Below are positions 28,793 through 38,641 of a stretch of 64,000 nucleotides of DNA, piece after piece. The stretch's first letter is position 1, and every line of letters begins with the position of its first letter. The stretch is taken from positions 1 to 64,000 of the forward strand of contig CBDCTZ010000011.1 in the NCBI GenBank assembly GCA_965222375.1, written 5' to 3'. Source of the DNA: Polyangiaceae bacterium. GTDB taxonomy: Bacteria; Myxococcota_A; Polyangia; Polyangiales; Polyangiaceae. The translations under genes were made by a program, and so were the position numbers. The notes below the pieces were generated by a model that had not been told where the DNA came from, did not search any database, and saw only the letters and a program-made list of their open reading frames with translations.

Positions 28793-30508
28793 ATGCGACG
28801 GCTTCTCCTTCTTGCACTGTTGCCCTGCTCATGGTTCGGCGCTGCGGGTTGCCTGGGCGACATCGAGGCTCAGGAGCCTAGTGGCGGCGGTGGCCAAGCG
28901 GGAAGCGGTGGCGGGACCTCCAAAGTTCCCGCCTGCGTTTCTCATGGCCGAGACGTGGCATCTTCCCCCATGCGACGTCTGACTCGAGTTGAATACAACA
29001 ACACCGTGCGAACGCTGCTGGGGACCCCGCTATCACCAGCTTCGAAGTGGCTGCCAGATGAAAAGCAGGGCGGCTTTGATACCAATGTTTCTTTGGGCGT
29101 GACGTCAGTTCACGCCGCTCAATTCGTGGACGCGGCGGAAGCCGTAGCTGCGGAAGTGTCCACGCGCCTCATCGATGTCTTGCCCTGCGACCTGTCAAAC
29201 TACGGCACGGACGAGTGCGCGGATCTATTCCTCGCCGACTTCCTGCCCCGCGCGTTTCGACGTCCAGTGGATGCCGCAGAGACGAAGCGCTTTCGCGGAC
29301 TGTACGAGTGGGCGCAGCTGCAGCAGGAGGTCAAGACTGAGGATCGCTTTGCCGATGGCATTCGGCTGGTGATCGAAGCCGCGCTGCAGGCGCCGTCGTT
29401 TCTGTACCGGGTGGAGCAGGACGCGACGCCGTCCGATGAGGTCCCGGGTCTCCTGCGGGTTGGGGATTTCGAGATGGCTTCCCGCCTGAGCTACTTTTTG
29501 TGGAAAGACGCACCGGATCCGGAGCTGAATGCCGAGGCTGCGGCAGGTCGCTTGCACACCTTGGAGCAGATCGAGGCGCAGGCTCGACGCATGCTGAAGA
29601 GCCCAAAGGCCCGGGCGGGGCTGGACGAGTTTCATCGCCAGTGGCTCGACCTCGATCTCGTCCTCGCCGCCGAGCGTGACGAGAAGCTCTACCCAGGTTT
29701 CACGTCGGAGGTGGGCCAGGCTCTGGTGGACGGTACCCTCGAGTGGACGGCGGGGCTGGTTCAAGAGGGTAGCAGCGGGACGCTGGGCGCCCTGTTCACC
29801 CGGCCTACCGCCTACGTGAACAAGCACAGCGCGCCACTGTTCAACTTGAAGTCGTCGTCAACGGAACTCGAGAGAGTTGACTTGGACCCGAGTCAGCGTG
29901 CCGGCATCTTGACTCAGCCCGCGCTGATGACGGCCTTGGCCAAGTACAATCAGAGCCACCCCATCCTGCGCGGAATCTTCACGCGCACGAAAGTCATGTG
30001 CCTCACGTTGCCGAGCGCGCCGGACAACGTCGAGATAAAGACCCCCGAGCTCGACCCCAACCTGACGACTCGCGAACGATTCGAGCAACATAGGCTCGAC
30101 CCGAGCTGCGCCGGGTGTCACCGGCTCATCGATGGCACCGGGATGACCTTTGAGAACTACGACGCCATCGGGCGCTATCGCGACAAGGAAAACGGGCTGC
30201 CCATCGACCCCAGTGGCGAACTCGTCGAAACCGAAGAGTTGGATGGCCCCCTCACGGACGCCTTGGACTTGTCGAAGCAGCTAGCCAGCAGCGAATTGGC
30301 TGCCAACTGCTTCACCACTCAGTGGGTTCGCTACGCCATCGGGCGGGAGCGAGAAGATGAGGACGCCTGCGGCATTGAACGAACTCTGGAACGCTTCGAA
30401 AACAATGGGCTGTCCCTCACCGAGCTCATCGTCGCAGTCGCGGTCTCGGATGCCATGCGTTTTCGCCGTCCCCAGCCTCAAGCCTCGAGTCAGGAGTGCA
30501 GCCAATGA
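28793..30508 (+). CDS. DUF1587/1595/1592/1588/1585 family lipoprotein with CxxCH
   Basis: RRLTRVEYNNTV, RAFRRP, PSFLYR, ASRLSYFLW, TTRERFEQH..CAGCH, FENYDAIGRYR. Confidence 0.9.
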   Translation: MRRLLLLALLPCSWFGAAGCLGDIEAQEPSGGGGQAGSGGGTSKVPACVSHGRDVASSPMRRLTRVEYNNTVRTLLGTPLSPASKWLPDEKQGGFDTNVSLGVTSVHAAQFVDAAEAVAAEVSTRLIDVLPCDLSNYGTDECADLFLADFLPRAFRRPVDAAETKRFRGLYEWAQLQQEVKTEDRFADGIRLVIEAALQAPSFLYRVEQDATPSDEVPGLLRVGDFEMASRLSYFLWKDAPDPELNAEAAAGRLHTLEQIEAQARRMLKSPKARAGLDEFHRQWLDLDLVLAAERDEKLYPGFTSEVGQALVDGTLEWTAGLVQEGSSGTLGALFTRPTAYVNKHSAPLFNLKSSSTELERVDLDPSQRAGILTQPALMTALAKYNQSHPILRGIFTRTKVMCLTLPSAPDNVEIKTPELDPNLTTRERFEQHRLDPSCAGCHRLIDGTGMTFENYDAIGRYRDKENGLPIDPSGELVETEELDGPLTDALDLSKQLASSELAANCFTTQWVRYAIGREREDEDACGIERTLERFENNGLSLTELIVAVAVSDAMRFRRPQPQASSQECSQ

Positions 30509-31854
30509 AAGCCATCAGTCGTCGTCAGCTTCTCGGTGCGTTGGGGGCGAGCACCCTCGCACTCCCATGGCTCGAGTACTTTCAGCCCCGAGTGGCACGC
30601 GCCGCTGGCGGTTCTACGCCACCCAAACGATTGATTGTCTTCTACTCGCCCAATGGTCACCCCATGGAGCACTGGAAGTGCCAGGTGAACGGTGCCCCTT
30701 CCAACTTCACCCTCTCCAAGATCCTCCAACCCCTCGCGCCTCACAAGCAGGACTGCCTGTTCATCGAGGGGGTGCCAATGAGTTCCTCCTTCGACCCGAA
30801 GCAGAACGCCACGGCTCACGAAGGCGGCAACGCGTCAGTGCTCACCGGCTCCTGGGCTGGGCCAGGCAATATGTTTGGAGGCGGTCAGCTGACCGCGGGC
30901 TTCTCCCAAGGTGAGTCCGTAGAACACGCCATTGGCCGTACCTATGGCAAGGCTACGCGTTTCGGCTCCTACTACTTCGGCGTCCTGCCGAGCATTCCCG
31001 TGATCAGTTCGCGCATGTTCTATGCCGGAGCGGACGAACCCATCTCTCCAAATCCGGATCCCTGGGGCGTTTTCGAGCAGCTCTTCGGAGAGCTCGCGCT
31101 GGGGCCTGAGATGCTGAAGAAGCGATCCGTGGAGCGGGCGCGCGTCTTGGGCGTCGTCAACGGAGAGCTCTCTGGCCTACGCTGCAAGCTCGGAAAGGAA
31201 GACAAGGTCAGGCTCGATGGCCACTTGGCTGAACTTCAGAAGCTCGCCAAGTCACTGGAAAAGCCCATCGATTCCGAATGCAAAGCACCGGGAATTGGCA
31301 ACCCGTACTCCATCAACAAGGGGTCCAACTTCCCGAAACTCGGAAAAGCGCAAATGGACCTCTTGGTTCAGGCGCTGAAGTGCGATCTCACGCGGACAGC
31401 AGCGCTGCAGTGGTTCGCGCCGGGTAGCGGCTTGACTTATAGCTGGCTGGGCCACACCGAGGAGCACCACGAGCTGAGCCACAAGACCACGACGGATGCG
31501 AAGCAGCGTCTGGCTGAGGTAGGCGCTTGGTACTCCGAGCAGCTCGCCTATCTCGTTGATCAGCTCAAGAACACGCCAGAGGGAAACGGAACTCTCTTCG
31601 ATAGCACCACGATCCTATGGGTCTCGGAGATTGGGAATCCTTGGGTGCACGACCGCCATGACGTCGGCTTCACCCTCGTTGGGGGCTGCCAGGGCTACTT
31701 CAAGACTGGCCGCTACCTGAAGTACTCCGGGACTGAAAAGGACAACCATAACCGCCTGCTGTTGTCCTTGTTGGATTGCTTCGGCCAAGGCGGCTTGCCC
31801 TTCGGCGCTCCGCAGTACTCGTCGGCGGGTCCCCTGACTGGGTTGACGGCGTAA
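30505..31854 (+). CDS. DUF1552 domain protein with Tat signal
   Basis: ISRRQLLG, KRLIVFYSPNG, RLD.HL, CDLTR, HHELSH, HNRLL; ATGA overlap with previous gene. Confidence 0.9.
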   Translation: MKAISRRQLLGALGASTLALPWLEYFQPRVARAAGGSTPPKRLIVFYSPNGHPMEHWKCQVNGAPSNFTLSKILQPLAPHKQDCLFIEGVPMSSSFDPKQNATAHEGGNASVLTGSWAGPGNMFGGGQLTAGFSQGESVEHAIGRTYGKATRFGSYYFGVLPSIPVISSRMFYAGADEPISPNPDPWGVFEQLFGELALGPEMLKKRSVERARVLGVVNGELSGLRCKLGKEDKVRLDGHLAELQKLAKSLEKPIDSECKAPGIGNPYSINKGSNFPKLGKAQMDLLVQALKCDLTRTAALQWFAPGSGLTYSWLGHTEEHHELSHKTTTDAKQRLAEVGAWYSEQLAYLVDQLKNTPEGNGTLFDSTTILWVSEIGNPWVHDRHDVGFTLVGGCQGYFKTGRYLKYSGTEKDNHNRLLLSLLDCFGQGGLPFGAPQYSSAGPLTGLTA

Positions 31855-31886
31855 CTCAGCGGTTTGCTGAAAGGGGCGCCCCGCGC

Positions 31887-33203
31887 TCAGCGTTTGGCCA
31901 GGCCGTAGCGTCGCAAGTAGCGTCGAACGTGCGCGCGTTCCAAGCCAGAGAGTCGCGCCATTTCGGACACATTTCCGTCCGTGAGGGTAGACAGCTCGGC
32001 GAAGTAGTCCTTCTCGAAGCGCGCCAGGATTTCGCTCTTGGCGTCTCGGAAGCGAGGCTGCTCCGCATTGGGGCGAACACTTGCTCGCACGGAGCTCCCC
32101 AAATGACCGACATACATGGAGGGATCGATAGGGCCGCTGTCTTCAGCCATGGCAAGGGCCACTGTGACGGCGCTGCGCAACTCTCGGACGTTGCCGGGCC
32201 AGTCATGGCGCATCAGTTTCTCCAAACCCAGTGCGGGAACCCGCCGAAAAGCACGGGCCTGCTCCGCCTCCCGGAACATGTGCTTCACCAGACCTGGGAT
32301 GTCCCCAAGGCGCTCTCGTAGCGGGCAGATCTCCACGGTCAGCTGAGCGATTCGGAAAAAGAGATCGCTACGGAAGGAGCCGTCGTTGACGCTGCGGCGC
32401 AAGTCTCGTCGAGTAGCGGCCAGGACCCGAACGTCGATGTCGCGGTATTGATTGCCGCCAACGGTCTTCACACGCCGCTCCGCGAGCACCCGCAGCAGCT
32501 TGGGTTGTACGTCGATGGGCAGTTCTCCCAACTCGTCCAGGAACAGGGTGCCGCCGTTGGCTTCGACGAAGGGCGACGTGCGGCTCTGAACGGCGCCCGT
32601 GAACGCTCCCCGCTCGTGACCGAACAGTGTGGATTCCGCGAGGGTTGGCGGAATGGCGCCGCAATCCACGACGACAAAGGGAGCCTTCGCTCGTGGGCTG
32701 GCCTTGTGCAAGGCCTGAGCCACCAACTCCTTGCCAGTGCCTGTCTCGCCTAGGACCAAGACGCTTACGTCGGTCTTGGCGATGCGACGCAGCTGTCCGA
32801 AGAGCTTTCGCATTGCCGGTGACGAGCCATGCAGGTCACCGAAGCTCTCATCGGCTGGTAGCTCCAGCCGCGACGGCTTGCGCGGCTCGAAGTGCAGCTC
32901 CACGCCGCCCAACCACAGGCTGCAGGGTTGTGTCAGGAATCCCTCGACGAGTCGCGTGTCGTCGACCCAGGTGCCGTTGCGGCTCCCGAGATCCCGCACT
33001 CGCACGCCCTGCTCAGTCGCCGTCAATTCTGCATGCAGCGAGCTGACCTCCTTGTCGCTCAGCACCATGGATGCGCGTTCGTCTCGTCCGACGAGTACGG
33101 GAGCCTCACGGATCTCCACAGCGTCGCCTTCCCCGTCTGCCTTTCGCAGGGTGCCGCCCACCACGAGGGCCCGCTTCGGGATGGCCACAGTGCGATCCAC
33201 CAT
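31887..33203 (-). CDS. FHA-domain sigma54-dependent transcriptional activator
   Basis: FHA GR..VS..H..DLGSRNGT; GETGTGKE; GAFTGA; WPGNVREL; C-terminal HTH. Confidence 0.95.
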   Translation of the reverse strand: MVDRTVAIPKRALVVGGTLRKADGEGDAVEIREAPVLVGRDERASMVLSDKEVSSLHAELTATEQGVRVRDLGSRNGTWVDDTRLVEGFLTQPCSLWLGGVELHFEPRKPSRLELPADESFGDLHGSSPAMRKLFGQLRRIAKTDVSVLVLGETGTGKELVAQALHKASPRAKAPFVVVDCGAIPPTLAESTLFGHERGAFTGAVQSRTSPFVEANGGTLFLDELGELPIDVQPKLLRVLAERRVKTVGGNQYRDIDVRVLAATRRDLRRSVNDGSFRSDLFFRIAQLTVEICPLRERLGDIPGLVKHMFREAEQARAFRRVPALGLEKLMRHDWPGNVRELRSAVTVALAMAEDSGPIDPSMYVGHLGSSVRASVRPNAEQPRFRDAKSEILARFEKDYFAELSTLTDGNVSEMARLSGLERAHVRRYLRRYGLAKR

Positions 33204-33262
33204 CGCGTGGAGCTTAGTGCACAATCGAGGGCTTGCGGGGCCTCAGCATTGCAGGGCGCGGG

Positions 33263-34216
33263 CTATGACTTGATGCGACGCCGCGGAGCCAGCGGAACCG
33301 TCAATTCTGCTTCCGACGTGGAGTCTTCGGCCGGAAAAGCAGAGTCTACGGGTGGAAGCTCCGGTGCTGCCGCCACGAGTGCGCTGAGTTCCGACCAGGC
33401 CGCGCGGGCCTCAACGGCCAAAGGTCGCTGGGTTGGCTGTCGCGAGAGCAGCCGGGCAATCAGGTCTTCTACGGGCTGCGGCCAGGTACGGCCGGTTACC
33501 TCGCTCAGGGTGGGTGGGTCCACCTGCAGCTTGAGTTGCACGAGCTGCATCGCGTTGGTTGTTTCATAGGTTCGCCGGCCTGTGAGAGCGAAGAAGGCAG
33601 TTGCGCCGAAGGCATAGAGGTCGGCGCGCTCCGTTGCCGAACGTGAGTCCGCCATCTGCTCCGGCGGCATGAACGCCAGGGAACCAACAACCATGTTCTG
33701 ACTCGTCAGCGAGTCGCCCCCGTCTTCGTCAGGGCTGGTCAACTTGGACGCACCGAAATCCAGAATCTTCGCCTCTTCCCGCGCGGGACCTGGCGTCAGG
33801 ACGATGTTCGACGGCTTCAAGTCGCGGTGGACAATCCCCAACGCATGGGCGTCCTCGAGACCGCAAAGAACGTCAGCCAGCAGGGGCAGGGATTCGGCAA
33901 AGCTCAAGTGCCCCAAGCGTTTGAGTCGATGCGCAAGGGTCTCACCCGGGAAGTAGTCGAAAACCAAATAGGGTCGACCGCTCTCTTCGCCGAATGCGTG
34001 CAATCTGCAGACGTGAGGGCTGTCCATTCGCTGCAGCAGGCTCGACTCCCTTGCGAAGCGCGCGCGGGCTTTGGGCTGTTTCACCAGCTCTGGGACGAGG
34101 GCTTTTATGGCGAATTGCGTATTGTCCGCAGACTGGCCTAGCCAGACCTCGCCGTAAGAACCTTTGCCGAGCAACTTCAACAGTGTCAGCTCGGCGAATT
34201 GGTCGCCCGATTGCAT
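33263..34216 (-). CDS. Cytoplasmic Ser/Thr protein kinase
   Basis: GKGSYGEV, AIK, HRDLKPSN, DFG, FMPPE; no TM. Confidence 0.93.
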   Translation of the reverse strand: MQSGDQFAELTLLKLLGKGSYGEVWLGQSADNTQFAIKALVPELVKQPKARARFARESSLLQRMDSPHVCRLHAFGEESGRPYLVFDYFPGETLAHRLKRLGHLSFAESLPLLADVLCGLEDAHALGIVHRDLKPSNIVLTPGPAREEAKILDFGASKLTSPDEDGGDSLTSQNMVVGSLAFMPPEQMADSRSATERADLYAFGATAFFALTGRRTYETTNAMQLVQLKLQVDPPTLSEVTGRTWPQPVEDLIARLLSRQPTQRPLAVEARAAWSELSALVAAAPELPPVDSAFPAEDSTSEAELTVPLAPRRRIKS

Positions 34217-34283
34217 CGGCTACACGATACCACCCCGCGTTGGCCTCATCACTGATTGTGGGAAAGGCGGGCGAGTGCTGACT

Positions 34284-34571
34284 TCATTCCCAATCCAACT
34301 TGGCCGCTGTGACTTCGTCGAATTCAGAGAGTAGTAGCGCCATGAGGTCCCTGAGTACCTGCGGGCCGGCCCCGCCGTACACGCAGACGTACACACCGCT
34401 CTCTTCAATTCGCACGTCCGCGTCGGGCATCTTGCCCGGGTTGGCCTTTGAGCGATAGCTGTACGCACCGAACTGCGATTCGATGCCATCAAATCCGGCG
34501 ATGCTGCGTAGAAGTGAGTCGAGCCTAGTGTCCGAATCTCGCTCGAACTTGATGGTGTATTCGAAGGACAC
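34284..34571 (-). CDS. Small hypothetical protein
   Basis: GTG start overlapping upstream TAG; 95 aa. Confidence 0.6.
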   Translation of the reverse strand: MSFEYTIKFERDSDTRLDSLLRSIAGFDGIESQFGAYSYRSKANPGKMPDADVRIEESGVYVCVYGGAGPQVLRDLMALLLSEFDEVTAAKLDWE

Positions 34572-34933
34572 TAGTCGGTCGGTTCGACGTCCAGCTCGAG
34601 AGAGAGGAATGGACCGCTCTTGCCCTGACGCTGATAGGCACGAACGGCATAGATCCCCTCGTCTCCGCTGATGTCGCCGGTCCACACGGGTGTGTTTTCC
34701 GCGATCCTACCCTTTGCTGGGTTCAGAGCTCCCTTGAAGGCTTCGGGCGGATAGGCGTTGCTGCCCCGTTCCCTTGGCGGCGCCAGGGAAAGCACCAGCA
34801 GCTTGTCCCGCTTCCACGCCGAGATGGTGTACGGCTTGCCTGCGATGCGGCCCTCGCCCTCCATGTCAGGTTGGCTGGGTTTGCGCTTGTTCTTGTTGTC
34901 GAAGAGCTGCCCCCGATGGCGATCCTTGGACAT
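34571..34933 (-). CDS. Hypothetical protein resembling tandem DUF736-like domains
   Basis: QPDMEG..YTISAW..LSL and PVWTG..YAVRAY..GKSGPFLSLEL. Confidence 0.65.
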   Translation of the reverse strand: MSKDRHRGQLFDNKNKRKPSQPDMEGEGRIAGKPYTISAWKRDKLLVLSLAPPRERGSNAYPPEAFKGALNPAKGRIAENTPVWTGDISGDEGIYAVRAYQRQGKSGPFLSLELDVEPTD

Positions 34934-34999
34934 GGGCGGAGTCAAGCACGAGTGGCAGGCGTTCGCCTATGCCAGAAATCGTGAATGTCGCAGCGTTGG

Positions 35000-35578
35000 C
35001 TAGAACATCCAGCCGACGGTCCAATCGAAGCGAATCACCGCGCGGGTCCAAGGTGCCAGACGGCCCTTGGGGTCGAAGTCCGTACGGGAACCGAGGCCGA
35101 AGCTGGGCGTGAGCTCAACCCGGCCGATGGCAAACCGCCAGCCAAGGCCGCCCACCACGGACAGACCGATATTGCCGCCGACCCAGCGATCCCGACGAGT
35201 GTCCGTCATGGACATCCAGCTCATGTCAAACCGCAGCGACGTGTAGGGGCCAATCATGGCGTCGCGGCCCAGGGACTCTGAGCGATTCGTGCCCCAGAGC
35301 CAGTATCGGGGCTCGATGCCCACGGAAGTCACCCAGGACCGGTAGTCACCCCGGCTCGAGGAGCGCGCTCCCAGTCCGAGAGCGAGACTCCAGTGTCGCG
35401 GCACCAGATAGCGCTCGTATTGGATGGCGAGGCCGTGGGACGTCACGGAAAAGGGATGAACGCTCAGCGCGTTTCGAGGGCCCGGTTCGAGAGGCTTTTC
35501 CTCAGAGGCGGCTGCCGCCGCCGCCGGTGTTGCAAGCGCGGAAACCGCAAGGAACGGCAACAGCGAAAGCCCGCGCAT
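35000..35578 (-). CDS. Probable outer-membrane beta-barrel protein
   Basis: Signal peptide, amphipathic strands, ends FDWTVGWMF; TGATG coupling to upstream gene. Confidence 0.7.
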   Translation of the reverse strand: MRGLSLLPFLAVSALATPAAAAAASEEKPLEPGPRNALSVHPFSVTSHGLAIQYERYLVPRHWSLALGLGARSSSRGDYRSWVTSVGIEPRYWLWGTNRSESLGRDAMIGPYTSLRFDMSWMSMTDTRRDRWVGGNIGLSVVGGLGWRFAIGRVELTPSFGLGSRTDFDPKGRLAPWTRAVIRFDWTVGWMF

Positions 35579-36444
35579 CACGGCCATCCCAAGGTGCGGT
35601 CGAGAAAGTCGCTCGTTGCCGCCCATGCTTCGGGGGTCATATCGGCAACCTCCAGATCGATGGCGCCGACATTCTCGTCGGGATTGAGCAAGTGACCGCC
35701 GCCGTTGATGAGCAGCAGTTGGGCGTCGTTTCCGTTCTTGGCCATGCTGTCCCGCATGCGGTCCAAGTCGTCGAAGTCGGCCAGCCAGTCCGCGCCGCCG
35801 GTTATCATGAGCAGAGGTGGCTTGTTCGGCGCCACGTGGTGGATCGGAGAAGCCGTGTCGTAGCGCTCGGGTACTTGGCTCTCGCTGCCACCCAGAAAGT
35901 CCCGTACCCAGGCGTGGCTCTTGCCGTGCAAGTCCTGCGCGCCGGCGGAGCTGATCACGGCGTTCGGAAGTGTCGTGCCGCCCGCATCGCAGTCTGGCAC
36001 ATGCTCGGGCGCGTCCGCGGCCAGGCCAACCAATGATGCCAGGTGACCGCCGGCGGAGTAGCCGGTGACAGCGATTCGATTAGGGTCGATGCCGTATTCA
36101 TCGGCGTTGGCGCGCAAGAAGGCGATTGCGCACACGCAATCCTGAACCGCGCGCGGATACACGCCGGCGGAGCCAAGGCGATAGTTGATGGATACGGCGA
36201 CCCAGCCAGAGCGAGCCATGCGGATGGCCGCTCCTCGGTACGCATTCTTGCTTCCGAAGCGCCATGCCCCTCCGTGAATCATCACGATGGCGGGGCTTCC
36301 TGCCGGTTCGCCGGCAGGAAGGTAGATGTCCATCTTGGTTTGGTTGCCGAAGCGATCGTCGTAGGAAACGTCGAGGATCTCTGCCGGTGCAGAACAGCCG
36401 ACCAGACACGACCCGACTGCGAGAGCACAGAGAAGAGAGCGCAT
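35578..36444 (-). CDS. Alpha/beta hydrolase (HSL-family esterase/lipase) lipoprotein
   Basis: HGGAW, GYSAGG, lipobox LVGC. Confidence 0.92.
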   Translation of the reverse strand: MRSLLCALAVGSCLVGCSAPAEILDVSYDDRFGNQTKMDIYLPAGEPAGSPAIVMIHGGAWRFGSKNAYRGAAIRMARSGWVAVSINYRLGSAGVYPRAVQDCVCAIAFLRANADEYGIDPNRIAVTGYSAGGHLASLVGLAADAPEHVPDCDAGGTTLPNAVISSAGAQDLHGKSHAWVRDFLGGSESQVPERYDTASPIHHVAPNKPPLLMITGGADWLADFDDLDRMRDSMAKNGNDAQLLLINGGGHLLNPDENVGAIDLEVADMTPEAWAATSDFLDRTLGWP

Positions 36445-36457
36445 CGAGCGCTCACGT

Positions 36458-36474
36458 TGCGAGCGGCGTGCCAG
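36458..36474 (-). promoter_or_regulatory. Candidate sigma54 promoter for the esterase
   Basis: CTGGCACG-CCGC-TCGCA, 13 nt before ATG. Confidence 0.5.
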
Positions 36475-36582
36475 CCCGCAAACGCCTCACCCATGGCTTT
36501 TCAACCGGAGCTGTCAGCGACAAGCGTTGCGCTATTGCAACAGCGGTTCGCGCTGCGCCATGAATCCCAGTTCACGATCGCT

Positions 36583-37023
36583 TCAGGATTCTGTCCGCTT
36601 TTCCACCACGGCAATGGTCGCCGTCGTCTTGGAAACCAGCTTCCACTCGCCGTCATTTTCGCACTCGATCTCGGACTCGACGACGCTGAAACGTGAACCC
36701 GGCTTGAGCACCTTGGACTTGCACTTCAGGCGCTGTCCCTTGGCGGCCCGCAGCAAGTTGATCTTGAACTCCGCCGTCAGCACGATTTGCCCTGGGCCAA
36801 TCATAGTGGCAGCCGCGCCGCCGGCGGTGTGGTCCGCCATGGTTGCCTGCAGACCCGCGTGCACGAAGCCGTCCTGCTGCAAGTGCCGGGGCTCCAACTC
36901 GAGAGTCGTTTCGCACTCGCCAGAGCTCACACTTGCCAAGCGCATGCCCAAGCTCGCAATGAACGGTGCCGCATTGAAGATCCGCTCGATCTCCTCCCTT
37001 GGCAGTTCATGGAATTTCGGCAC
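36583..37023 (-). CDS. PaaI-family hotdog thioesterase
   Basis: HLQQDGFVHAG..AD..G.A; TAEFKINLLR. Confidence 0.9.
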   Translation of the reverse strand: MPKFHELPREEIERIFNAAPFIASLGMRLASVSSGECETTLELEPRHLQQDGFVHAGLQATMADHTAGGAAATMIGPGQIVLTAEFKINLLRAAKGQRLKCKSKVLKPGSRFSVVESEIECENDGEWKLVSKTTATIAVVEKRTES

Positions 37024-37174
37024 GGTTGTCTCTTTTCGCTGGGCGGGGTGTCTCTCGCCACACCTAAGCGAAATTGTCTCCCGAGGCTAGCCGCGGGTCA
37101 GCTTCTTGTTCAGTGCGGTACCGCCGAGGACCTGCGTTTCGTTTCTGCGTGCGTTGCTGTAGCCTCGCCGCCCG

Positions 37175-38641
37175 ATGGGCAACTCGACGAGCGAAGGGTC
37201 AATCTTCACCATCTACGGCGCGACTGGGGATCTGTCGCGGCGCAAGCTGCTGCCGGCACTATACCGAAACCACGCGGCCGGACAGATCGACCCTCGGGTC
37301 CGCATTCTCGGCGTGTCGAGAGCTGAGCTGGACGACGATGCCTTTCGCAAGCTGGCGGCGGAGGCGCTGAAGGCTGCGAACATCAGCGGCGACGCAGTTG
37401 CGCCGTTTCTCGCTCGTTTGCACTTCCTCTCTTCACCCGCTGGGGACGCCTCCGACTTTCGCAACCTGGCAGACAAGCTGGCGGAGCTCCGGCGAGAGCA
37501 CCACATACCGGAGAACTACTGCTTCTACCTGTCTCTGCCCCCGCGAGTCTTCGCCGCCACCATCGCAGGGCTCGGCGCGGTAGGGCTCAATCTGACCAAC
37601 GATGCGGGCTGGACCCGCATCGTGATTGAAAAGCCCTTCGGCACGGATCTGAAGACTGCTCGAGAACTCAACCAAACGATCCACGAGTATTTCACCGAAG
37701 AGCAGATCTATCGCATCGACCACTACCTCGGGAAAGAGACGGTTCAGAACCTGTTGGTGTTTCGCCTCGCTAACGCGTTCATCGAGTCGTCCTGGAACCG
37801 CGAACGGGTGGAACAGGTCCAGATTATCGTCGGTGAAAGCCTGGGTGTGGGCTCTCGGGCTGGCTACTACGACCACTCGGGAGCGCTACGCGACATGGTG
37901 CAGAACCACATCACGCAGCTCATCTCCCTCGTGGCCATGGAGGTGCCGACGTCCTTCTCGGCAAGCGCCATTCGCTACGAAAAGCTCAAAGTGCTCAAGT
38001 CGATTCAGCCGATCCAACCCCAAAACGTGGTTCGGGGTCGCTATACCGCGGGCATGATCGAAGGGCGGGAGGTCCCGGGCTACCTCGAGGAGGAGGGCGT
38101 GCCCGCAGACTCGCAAACCGAGACCTTCATTGCTCTGAAGATGGGCGTGGACTCCTGGCGCTGGCAAGGCGTGCCGTTCTTCATCCGAACCGGCAAACGC
38201 ATGCCCGTCAAGACCTCGCAGATAGCGGTCCGGTTTCGAGGTGCGCCGGTTCGCTTCTTCGAGCGACTCGGGTGTTCTCAGGACACTGCGGATGTATTGA
38301 CGATTACCTTGCAACCCAACGAAGGCTTTGCGTTCCACTTCGACATCAAGGTGCCCGGTGATCCACTCTGCCTCGAGCGGGTTCCCTTGAAATTCGCCTA
38401 CGGCGATCACTTCCACGGCGCCATGCCCGAGGCCTACCAAACCCTGCTGCTCGACGTGCTCAACGGCGACCAGACGCTTTTCGTTCACGGCGACGAGGTC
38501 GAGGAATCATGGCGCGTGTACGAAGGCCTGCTTCAAGAGCCCCCGCCGGTGCACGACTACGTTGCGGGGACTTGGGGACCGCCCGAAGCGGACGCCCTGG
38601 CCATTCCCGAGAGCGACTTGTGGCAGCTGCGGCATGACTGA
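37175..38641 (+). CDS. zwf: Glucose-6-phosphate 1-dehydrogenase
   Basis: GATGDL, EKPFG, RIDHYLGKE, RDMVQNH, RTGK. Confidence 0.97.
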   Translation: MGNSTSEGSIFTIYGATGDLSRRKLLPALYRNHAAGQIDPRVRILGVSRAELDDDAFRKLAAEALKAANISGDAVAPFLARLHFLSSPAGDASDFRNLADKLAELRREHHIPENYCFYLSLPPRVFAATIAGLGAVGLNLTNDAGWTRIVIEKPFGTDLKTARELNQTIHEYFTEEQIYRIDHYLGKETVQNLLVFRLANAFIESSWNRERVEQVQIIVGESLGVGSRAGYYDHSGALRDMVQNHITQLISLVAMEVPTSFSASAIRYEKLKVLKSIQPIQPQNVVRGRYTAGMIEGREVPGYLEEEGVPADSQTETFIALKMGVDSWRWQGVPFFIRTGKRMPVKTSQIAVRFRGAPVRFFERLGCSQDTADVLTITLQPNEGFAFHFDIKVPGDPLCLERVPLKFAYGDHFHGAMPEAYQTLLLDVLNGDQTLFVHGDEVEESWRVYEGLLQEPPPVHDYVAGTWGPPEADALAIPESDLWQLRHD

